Shown in pieces: positions 42,601 to 54,705 of a stretch of 64,000 nt of DNA. Both the position numbers and the translations under genes were made by a program. How positions within the stretch are numbered: the stretch's first letter is position 1; each line of letters begins with the position of its first letter. Source of the stretch: Eledone cirrhosa (Eukaryota); contig OZ024751.1 of NCBI GenBank assembly GCA_964016885.1, positions 47,244,001 to 47,308,000 on the forward strand. Direction: 5' to 3'. A model generated the notes under the pieces. It ran no database searches, was not told where the DNA came from, and was given only the letters and a program-made list of their open reading frames with translations.

Positions 42601-45600
42601 CATCATCATCATCGCCAGCACTACCATCATCATCACCACCACCACCACCACGATCGTCACCAGCACCATCATCACCAGCACCATCATCATCACCGCCATC
42701 ATCATCATTACTATCAACATCATCACCACCACCACCATCATCACCAGCGCCATCATCATCACTGCCATCACCATCACCACCATCACCATTATCATCACTG
42801 CCACTACTATCACCATCACACAAGATGGAAGATTGCAATGGTATGCATGTGTGTTGTGGGTGAGTTGTCAGTGTCATCGGAAATGCTTATTTTGTTTATT
42901 ATGTATTGTAACAGGTGTCGGGAACATTGCAAACCCCATCAAATTGGTGGCAGTGAGTTTGACCAGACAATAACTGCTGTATTTTCTGCCTTACTCTGGC
43001 ATCATCAGGATTTGAGGGAAGAACTGGAGAGTTTCAGTAAGTTTCATTCTAAATATCTCTTTCTCACTCACTGTAAATAAATACACTGATGGTAAGAATA
43101 AAGTTGAAATATACTTTTGTTACCATTTTACTAATGAAAGACACTGCATATGTGTTTCAAATGATTTGGAAAATAGTCAAGAATTTAGTGGGATTTAGTA
43201 ATATAACTTTCTTATTACTAAGTTTTGGAGCATAACTTAAAGGTTTTTACATAATATTATCACTGTTTTTATTATGTCAGTAAAAAGGCCACTGATGTGC
43301 AACAAAACGTTTTGACATTTCATACTAAATAACACTATTAAGAATACTTTCATTTATTTCTCAAGTTTGTCTTCTTAGAGCTCAGATTTGATAACATTAT
43401 GATGGAAAGTTTTTAGATAAATATAAACTCTTTAAAATAAATAGCTATTTATCAAGGCTGATTTTAGGAAGTTTGGTGTCAAAATGGTTAATTGGGGTTG
43501 TTTTGGTGCTAAGCAACAACATAATAAAAGAAAAGACAAGATATGTATCAGTTTTCTTTCCATCTTCTATTACAGGTGAGAACCAGGGCAATACATTTAT
43601 TTCAGACAAAATTTACACTACTTACAAACTGGCAGAATCTAAACGAAAGAAATTGGTAAGTGCCTTCATTACTGTTGGTAATACCTGTGTGCGTGTGTTT
43701 ATATATCTCCTTATAATATATAACCAGCAATTTCTCTGTCTGTCTGTCCGACGCGTAGAGAGAGAGTGAGAGTGAAAGAAAGAGACAGACTACAAGAGGG
43801 GGATAGCGGGAGGGAGAGAGAGAGACGCTGGAAGAGGGGAAGGAAAGCTATGTCTTGCTGTCTGCATTACGATACATATATATATACACAGACACTGAGC
43901 GCGTCATAATGACGTAATGCAGACAGCCAGACATACAGACAGATATTATAAGGGCGCAACGTTATATCTATGTATCTATCTAAAAAGAAAGACTAAGAAT
44001 TATATAGAGAGAACGCTAAATCGCCTAATGCGGTCCCTAGGGCATTGAAAATTTGAAATAATTTTTGCTCAAAACACTCGCAGGACCATAAGTATTACAT
44101 GTCTAAAGTTTGAAAACAAGCGGTTGGATGGTTCTCAAGTTTTAGTGAGCTGACAGACAGACAGACATTCTCTGTTTTAGATATATAGACTAGCAGAAAA
44201 CTGCCCACCAAGTGGTTTTCTGCTAGTCTATATATATAAAACTGAGGATGTGTGTGTCTGTGAGTTTAAATCCCTAAAAGTCGAGAAGTACCTAACCGAT
44301 TTTTTTTTCAAACTTTACATGTGTATTACTTATGTTTCAGGGAGTGTTATGCACATAAAAAATTCAACTTTTTGATCCCCTAGGGCCTGCATTAGGTGAA
44401 AAACTGTGTTTTTCAGCTTTTTAGGGGTTTTTTTTGAGGCGTTAAGTCAGACCGATTTCCTTGAAATTGTAACTATGTATTAATCAGTCTCTTCTTCATA
44501 CCGTGAGCAAAGAAAATCCGTGAAAAACTTCATTTTTTTCAGCTTTTTAGGGCTTTTTTGAGGTGTTACGACTAGCCGATTTTCCAGAAATTTCAAGGCA
44601 TATTATGCACATAAAAAAAATTCATTTTCTTGATCCCCTAGGGCCCGCATTAGGTGAAAACCTGCATTTTTCCTGCTTCATTGAGGAAAATCTTAAAGAT
44701 TATCCAGCCATCAGAGTATTCGGTTTATTTTCTTTACATATTCTCCAGGCATGCAGTTTTTTCACGATTAGGTCTGTTGGTGGCCCGCGTTCCAAAATAC
44801 CTTATCCCGTGCAACGCCGGGTACCACTGCTAGTATATATATAAAAAACAAGATGTGTAAGTTAGCAGGTTAAATGACAATCATCATTGCCATGTTCATG
44901 ATTATTTTTCTTTCATTAAAAGATGAAAGACAGACAGAAGATAGCTGTAGAAGCAGACAAAACCCCTTGGTCTTCAGCTGGTGTTCAAAACCCAGGTAAG
45001 TAGTTATATATTGTTTTTATTAGTTGCTGGCCCAGATCCTCCCCTGCTTCATATTGGACCTGACATCATGGACGTTTTCAGCTCCTTCATTTACCTGGGC
45101 TCAACAGTGGAGACCAGACCCCAGAGATCAACTTCAGATACGATCTGGCCGGCAGGGTCATGCATTCCTATGGAAGCCCCTTTGGCACTGTTGCTCTATC
45201 TCCCGGAAGACGAAGCTCTGTATCTACAGTGTATTGTACTCATTCCTTTATCTATGTCTAGGATACTTCCACATTAGTTATCAGTTACTTATGATGTTTG
45301 CTGTTTCCACTTGAATAAGACTGTATATGATAGATACACTAACTTAGGGACTGAACTAACTCCCAGCAGTTAAACTGCCACAGTGTCAGAAATTCCAAGT
45401 GGAAGGTAGCTGCAGTAGAGGAAGACTGAGGTAAACCTGGGTAGAAGTGTTGAGAGAGGATCTGAAAAAACTAAACTTCACAGAGATGATGATGATAATG
45501 AAGTCACATAAGTTGTGAGAAGGTGTGCTGGGAAAGACCTGACCAATCCATCCAAGTGTGGAAAAATGGACATAAAAAGGATGATGATGACAATGTTGAT

Positions 45601-46711
45601 GATGATGATGATGACAATTATGATGTTGATGATGATTTCACATTTGTGTAATGTTTATATTAATTATTCTATCTCTCATATCTTACTTTTCTTATCTTTG
45701 TCTTCCCTCCAGTTCAAGCCTGCCAGCAAAAGGCCCTGTTTTTATTGAAGTTCACAGGACTCAATAAATATCAACTGAAGGGGGTAAGTGGGTCTATATT
45801 TTGTTACATATGTCACCTTATGTCTCTTCCCTTTATTTTGGTTTCTTACACCAGACATGGCTATGGGGTTAAGAAGTTTGCTTCACAACAACCATATGGT
45901 TTAAGGTTATATTCTCCTGTGTTAAATCTTGGATAAGTAAGTAAGTGTCTTCTACTAAGGCCTTGGACTATAGTAGCTATTGGGTGGGCTATTGTGAGGG
46001 TATTTGGTAGATGGAAACTGTAAGGAAGTCTGCTGTATATATATCTCCTTGTAATATATAACCAGCAATTTCTCTCTGTCTGTCCGACAGTGGAAACACG
46101 TGCGCGCGTGGTTGCTATCTCTCTCTCTCTCCAGCTATCCCTCTCTTTTAGTCTGTCTGTTTCTCTCACTCTCACTCTTTCTCTTTGTAACACACTAACA
46201 TTCCTCCCTTCTATCGCTGTGACGAATGGGGAGGAGGAGGAGGAAGAGAGAGTCACTTCGTCACTTCACCTCTGCCTTTCTTTCGCTCCCCTCTCACTCC
46301 CTGTCGTCGACCACTGATTCCAACAACCAGCGTTCTAGGCCAGCACGTGACACCTGCGTTCCCAGCCATGGCACGCGCGACCTTGGAGTAGTTACCATGG
46401 AGATCTAGCCAGACACAGCTGAGTTCTGTGAATTTACAGACGACAACTTTAAGACTGGCTTTTGTGTTTTAACCAACTCACTGGGGCTGAGCATATAATA
46501 TATATATATATGTGTGTGTATGCGTGTGTGTGTGTGTGTTATATGTGTGTGTATGCGTGTGTGTGTGTGTATTATATGTGTGTGTTATATGTGTGTGCGT
46601 GTGTGTGTTATATATGTGTGTGTGTGTTATATGTGTGTGTGTATGTGTGTGCGTGTGTGTGTTTTATATATGGGTGTGTGTTATATGTGTGTGTGTGTAT
46701 ATATAATATAT

Positions 46712-46743
<32 letters not shown>

Positions 46744-47576
46744 AATATTATATATATAAATAATATATATAAATTTTATATATATATATTATATATGTAT
46801 ATTATATGTGTCTCTCTATATATATACATATATATAGGTTTAAGTGTGTATGTATGTGTTAGCGTGTGTGCGTATGTATGAGTGTGTGTTAGCGTATGTG
46901 TCTGTATGCGTGTGTGTCTGTCTGTGCGTGTGTCTGTGTGTATCTGTGTAAGTGTTTGTGTGTGTGTGTGTACAGGAATTCATAAGTTTCCTAAAATATG
47001 TCTGTATGCTTAATTTTTCTTAAAAATTATAAACTGGTTCTTCCTGTCAGAGATAATAATCTGATTTGAGAATAATGCATCTCAAAATATGAACATGGGT
47101 GTATATATATATATGTATGTGTGTTTGTGTGTTTGTGTGTGTTAAATATATATCGACTAGCAGAAAACCACCCGGTTTTTTTCAAACTTTACATGTGTAT
47201 TACTTATGTTTCAGGGAGTGTTACGCACATACAATTCAACTTTTTGATCCCCTAGGGCCTGTATTAGGTGAAAAACTTCAATTTTTCAGCTTTTTAGGGC
47301 TTTTTTGAGGTGTTACGTCTAGCCGATTTTCCAGAAATTTCAAGGCATATTATGCACATAAAAAAAATTCATTTTCTTGATCCCCTAGGGCCTGCATTAG
47401 GTAAAAACCTGCATTTTTCCTGCTTCATTGAGGAAAATCTTAAAGATTATCCAGCCATCAGAGTATTCGGTTTATTTTCTTTATATATTGTCCAGGCATG
47501 CAGTTTTTCCACGATTAGGTCTGTTGGTGGCCTGCATTCCAAAATACCTTCTCCCATGCAACGCCGGGTACCACTG

Positions 47577-47614
<38 letters not shown>

Positions 47615-50600
47615 TTTGTATTATATAAAAGATGTGGATTCATGTCTCGTGTACGTCAATACTCATTCTTTTTTCCATTCAGAGAGTTTTTTAAAATCCC
47701 AACTAACAGACTAATTCTATGTAGTCAAATATGGTGTAAACATGTTACTAACTAATTTTCAAATTCGTAAGCTGTTAGTAAACAAAGCCTGCTTTGTGCC
47801 TCCCTATATATATATGTTTCTTTATAAACCCTTCACAGAATGTCTCCAGCTCCGATGAATCATTCAAGTTAGTAATGGAATTCATAGAAAACGATAAATG
47901 GTCGATAGAGAAGTAAGTAAGATTATCATCATCATCATCAATGTCACCATTACAGTCATCATCATCATCATCATCATCAATGTCATCATTGTGTTGTTAC
48001 TATTGTTGGTGGTGTTGTTGTAACTGTTACTGCTCTTGTGGTTGTTGTTACAGCTCGTGTTGTTGTTGTTATCAATGATATAAAGGAATTTTCTGTCTAT
48101 TGTAATTAGGGTCCAGAAAATGTTGAAGGAACGGTCAGAATACGCCCAGGTCCTGGGAGACATCTATAACTTTATCTGTGAATTTATTACTAAGATGAGT
48201 GACAAAGGTGACATCTTACAGGTGAGTGTATGTTACATGTTTACACCTGACTGACTGTTAAAGGGGGTGAAATATAGACATACACACACATATACATAGA
48301 GACACATGCACAAACATGTAGACATACATAGACACACACGCACATATACATAGAGACACATGCACAAACATGTAGACATACATAGACACACACACACATG
48401 CATATAGGCATAGATACATATATAGAGACAGACACACACATACATATAGACATTCACATGCAGATATATAGACACACACATACATATAGACACACACATG
48501 CCGATATAGACATAGATACATATATATAGACACACACACACACATATAGACACACACACATGCAGATATAGACATAGACACATACACATACATATAGACA
48601 TACACATGCAGATATAGACATATATATATATATATATAGACAGACACATACACACACATACATATAGACATAGATACATATATATAGACAGACACACACA
48701 CACACACATATACATATAGACACACACACACATACATATAGACACACATGCAGATATAGACGCACATGCAGGCAGATAGTGTGGGATTCTGTATTGGACC
48801 CTGAAACCACCTGGAGGTCATAGACTCTACTAACCAGTCTGCTAGGACACATCCAACCCTTACTAGTAGGTAAAACAGTCATTAAACCGACCATATCCAG
48901 CCAGAATTCTCTCACCTCTTTCTATTCAAACCAGGCCATAACCAACCATTCATACCAATGTTAAGGTATTGTTCTCAAAATAAATATCAAAATCTCGTAG
49001 ATTCGATATTATGCGAGATAATTACGTGAGGTAAAGCCTTTACTGCAAAAATACAATAGTAAATATAGAGTAATGTAAAGCTATAGGGTTAAATGATGTA
49101 GATGATGATGATGTGTTAACTTACCATTGATTCTGTTTTATGTGCTTATGTCTTTAACCCTTTAGCATTTACATTACTCTATATATACTATTGTATTTTC
49201 ATGGTAAAGGCTTTACCTCATAATATCTCACATAATATCTCATAACATTTACATTACTCTATATATACTATTATATTTTCATGGTAAAGGCTTTACTTCA
49301 CATAATATCTCACATAATATCTCGCATAACATTCACATTACTCTATATATACTATTATATTTTCATGGTAAAGGCTTTACCTCACATAAAATCTCGCATA
49401 ACATTTAAATTACTCTATATATACTCTTATATTTTCATGGTAAAGGCTTTACCTCACATAATATCTCACATAACATTTACATTACTCTATATATACTATT
49501 GTATTTTCATGGTAAAGGCTTTACTTCGCATAATTATCTCACATAATATCGAATCTATGAGATTTTGAAAGTATTTATTTTGAGAACAATACCTTAACAT
49601 CAGTTTGAGCGACCAGTTACAGCCAGTTTCAACAGAAAGAGGTAGAGAATTCCGGCTAGTTTTGGCCGGTTTGAACATTAAAGGGTTAACTGATTTGGAA
49701 AACTATAAAGTTTGTTTGTTATTTTCTTGCTTATTTTTGTTTTAATATTTTCTTTTGGCAGATTCCAATAATTGTGTTCCTACAAGAGTTATTGTCTCAC
49801 CAGACGACATCACTACACTGTTGCCAAGCTCTGGATGGCTGTGGCTTAGAACTAGAGAACAACATCAGATGCGCCTTCTACAAACTTGTTGAGAAACTTT
49901 TAGAGGCTTTCCATGTCTGCAAGAAACAGAAATTATCTCGGTGAGTGTTGAACTCTTACTCTCATATATCTAAAAGTCTAAAGTCTGTCTTAAGCCAGAA
50001 GGCTCATTTGGCCGGTGCCTATCCCGGTTTCATGGCGTGAAGCGACTGAGAGTACGAGACTCCCCCCCTGGACAGGACGCCAGTCCATCGCAGGGTTAAA
50101 CCTCCAGCTATTGCTGGTACTCATTTTCAGCTGAGTATACTGGAGCAACGTGAAATGAAGTGTTTTGCCCAAGAACACAACACGCAGTCCAGGAATTGAG
50201 CCCACGACATTATGATCGTAATTCCAACACTCTTACCACTAGGCCACGTGCCTCCACTACTCACATACATACACACACATATATATACATATACACATAC
50301 ATATACACATACATACTACACATGCAGATATAGACACAGACATACATAGGTGCCACGGCAAAAGAAGCACCCAGCACTCACTGTAAATGAGGTTGGTGTT
50401 AGGAAGGGCATCCAGCTGTAGAAATCAAGCCAGAATCAGTTCCCGTATGAGCAAGACAAGGTCAGCCGACTGGACACTGCCCACAACAGGACAACCCGTC
50501 TAACCCATGCTAGCGTGGAAGAACGGATGTAAAACGGTGATGATGATGATGATATATATACGACACATGCAGATAAAGACACAGACACATATATATATAT

Positions 50601-53600
50601 ATATTGACACTCACGCACCCAAATATAGACATTAACACACATATATATAGACACACACACACATACACATGCAGATATAGACACACACGCACACACATGC
50701 AAATATAGATATGGATGCATATACATATAGACAGACAAACACACACACACAAATAAACATTGACTCACATATATAGGCAGACTCACACATGCACACACAT
50801 ATAGACATACACACAGACACACACTCATAGACAGACACATACTCACAGACACACAGAGACATGCATACAGATACAGACATGCACACACACACACGCACAC
50901 AGAGACATTCCATGCATATATAGACACACACACACATAGACAGCTACACTCAGAGACATGCATACATTTATAGACACACATACATACATACACACAGACA
51001 GCCACACACAAAGACACATACACACATTAAAAAGATCATCGACAAACAGGGTCAACTAATTAACAGTTTTTAATTATATTTCAGAGTAAAGACGCAAGCC
51101 TTCAATTGTTACCAAGCTTTCTTACTGCACATCTTAGACATCCACTGGCAGGTAAGGTTGGAAGTACTATATCTTAACTATCATCATCATCATTTCATTT
51201 TACATCCGCTTTTTCCCTGGTTGCAAGGGTGGGACGGGAACTGATTCTGGCTTGATTTCTACAGCTGGATGCCCTTCCTAACACCAACCTCATTTACAGT
51301 GAGTGCTGGGTGCTATTTTGCCGTGGCACCTCCACGACCACTTTACAGTGGAATGATAGGGACCCCAGTCCCTATCATCTCATTTCTACAGCTGAGTAAA
51401 CTGGAGCAATGTGAAATAAAGTGTCTTGCTCAAGGAAACAACACATCATCCGGTCTGAGAATTGAACTCACAACCTTTCGATTGCAAGGCCGATGCTCTA
51501 ACCACTAAGCCATGTGCCTATATATGATGATGATGAGATATCATCATCATCATCATCATTAACAAAAACAACAACAATCTCTAACAAAGGCACAAGGCCA
51601 GCAATTTTGTAGATTGTGAGTGGGGTGGCTGGAGTAGAAAGTCGGTTAAGTCAACAGCAGTAATGAACTGGGGATAGGAAGGGCATCCAACCAATATATT
51701 ATTAATACCAAATTACGAGTACAAAATACAAATTTGATGATGACAACAACATGAAGTCAGTTTTGTGGTTTGTCCTTTGATATTTTTTTGCCTTTTTTGT
51801 TTCTTTCTAATGTTTCCAACTTTCATTTCTGTTTTTATTTTCAGATGAATGATCTAGTCTTCCTAACAAAGATTGATTTAACAACTTTCCTTTTCAAAAT
51901 GGCAAAAGGTATGTCTTTTATTTCTAATTCTGTCTATATATATATATGAGCAAGACATTGTCATCTGACCTCGACTTGCCTCAAATAGGACAACATGTCT
52001 AACCCATGCTAGCTTGGAAAATGGACGTTAAACGGTGATGATATATATATATATTGAAAAAAAAAATTTGTAAAAATGTTAAGTTACCACCACCATCATC
52101 ATCACTGTTTAGTGTCCATTTTTCCATGCTAGTATGGGTTAGACAAGTTGCCCTGTTGTGAGAAATGCCACCAGGTCAGGTGAGCATGCTTTACTTATAC
52201 AGAACTACTTTTGGCCTGGTTTCTACAGTCAAAAGCAGTTCTGTATGAGCAAGGCATGGTCACCTAACCTGGCATTTCTCACAGTATATTAATAATTGTA
52301 AATACTGATGTTTCATTTCAGATAATATGATCACGAAAAACTGTCAGATTGACTACATTGATGAGACAGAGGAGCTGGAGGAATATAAGAGACATATGCA
52401 ACTACTGAAGATTGACAGACAAGATGTCTTGCATATGTATGAGTCTAAAAAAGGTCCAGAGAAAAAGGTAAACTCCCTTTTCAGGGTACAAAAGAGACAG
52501 TGGTGGTGGTGGTGGTTTTATTTTGAATATGATCATTATTAGGCACCAACATAGTTGGGTGGTTGAGATGTTCATTTTGTAACTAAATGGTTTCGGTTTC
52601 CATCCTACTGTGTGGCACCTTGGGCAAGTATCTTTTACTGTGGTCTCGAGCTGACCTGAGCTTAGCGCTGTCCAGATCGGCTTGGCTTGGCTTGGCTTGG
52701 CTTGGCTTGGCTTAGCTGTTCAGCTCAGCTCAGATCTGGGATAGGATCAGGGATCCGTTATAGGATTAAGAATCTGCAATCAGATTGGGGATCCACGATT
52801 GAATCAGATCCGGTATTGGATCAGGGTTCCAAGATCAGATCAGGGAACCAGGATCGAATCAAGGATCCAGGATTGGATTAGGAATCTGGGATCAAATCTG
52901 ATTAGATTGGATGAGCACAGCTCTATCTAGCTCAGCTTGGCTTGGCTTAGCTTAGCTCTCTGCACACTATCAATATTGTCCAAGAGAAAGATCAAAAACT
53001 GATACAACTTGGCGCCATTGTTAATAATTTTAATTGATTGTCTTTCTTTATCTCTATTTCAGGATTTGGTAGTTTTTATCTCGAAGTTTTCGTTGCTTCT
53101 GGAAATGCAGTTTGAGTGCAACAGCTGTCAGAAGATTGTGCACAGCCACTATAAATGTCTCCAGTGTTCTGCATTGGATTTCTGTGCCTCGTGTATAACT
53201 GGAGGTTAGTATTGTTTTGTGAGAAAAGGGCAGGGCTGCAGATTGTCTGAGTTTGATAGATAATGACTGAGAATTGTTGAGTGGGTGAGGGGTGAGAGCT
53301 GTTGGGAGTGTGAGGTTGAGAGCTGATGGATGGGTGAAGGTTGAGAATTGTTGGGAGAGTAAGGGGTGAGCTGTTTGGGAGGGTGAGGGGTGAGAGCTTT
53401 TGGAAGGTTGAAGGATGAGAATTGGTTTATTAAATAAATATAAACACTTTAAAATAAACAACTTTGTATCATAAAACCAGGGTAGGTAGTCAGTGGTTTT
53501 GGTATCAGAAGTGTTAATTTGGCTGTATTTTGTTTTTGTTTTATCTAGGTTGTTTCAAGAATGATAAAGAAAATGAAAACCATAATGAAGACCACGACAT

Positions 53601-54628
53601 CATATACATAGCGTAAGTTGTTTATATCAGAGATTCTATAGTTTTTTTAATTGATCGACATGATCAAGGTTTATTTTAGGGAAGCATATGCCATGACTCA
53701 CTGTTTGATATTTGTTATGCATATTTTACTTATTTCTTAGTTTGAAGTTTTTTAGCTGACATTTACTGTGTACACACATAGTGTTTGACACAAAATGTCA
53801 ATTTACTGCCCACAGAAAATTACATTTAGAACTACACAAATTTAGATTTAGAACTATATAGAATTAGATTTCAAACTGCACTAATTTGATATAGAACTAC
53901 ACAAAATGAGATTTTAAACTGCATAAAATTAGATTTATAACCATACTAAATTAGATTTATAACTATACTAAATTAGATTTATAATTATACTAAATTAGAT
54001 TTATAACTACACTAAATTACATTTATAACAGGGGACAATTGTATAGTAAAATAATCCCTGGTAATGACTTTGCTTGAAGTTGATTTCTTTTTCTTTCTTT
54101 ATTCAATGTACAGTTATCACTGTGATGTTTGTAATGGATATATAATGGGTACAAGAGTTCAGTGTGAGGAGTGCACTTATCAGGTCTGTTTTGGATGTTA
54201 CAAGCTTGGACAAGTTCCTTCACAGTAAGTTAAGTCCATTGTTTTGTTCCTCTTTGAATTGTAATGCACTTTTATGAAATGAGTGATATTGCTACATGGT
54301 AATAAGATATGGCTAGTGAAAGTGGAGGATCTGTGTGAAAAATGTGTGTATGTTTGTACCATGATAAAATGCACCCAGTACATTCTGTAAAGTGTGAGAA
54401 CATACTTAAGAACATATATGACATAGCTTTTTGGCTATCTTTTTAATTTAGTTTTGTTCCTATTTTGATTATCTTCCATGATAAATTTAGTCATTAAAGA
54501 TTTGTCATTAAATTAGTAATTATATTTTAAAAAATTGTAATTAACAGTTGTATTTTTCATTTAATATTTTAGCCATAAAACTAACCACAAAGTGAAAACC
54601 ATTCCTCGACTCAAATGTAAGTCACACT

Positions 54629-54705
<77 letters not shown>

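Noticed and set aside
41890-43080. 396-aa His/Ile/Thr-rich ORF and similar ORFs at 11242, 18195 and 20716
   Set aside because: Translations of CAT/CAC or CT simple repeats in introns.
46976-47098. Possible extra small exons (TACAG|GAATTC.., GTCAG|AGATAA..)
   Set aside because: They lie inside the Helitron-like element, have weak donors and incompatible phase or stops; exons w43 and w44 already join in frame.
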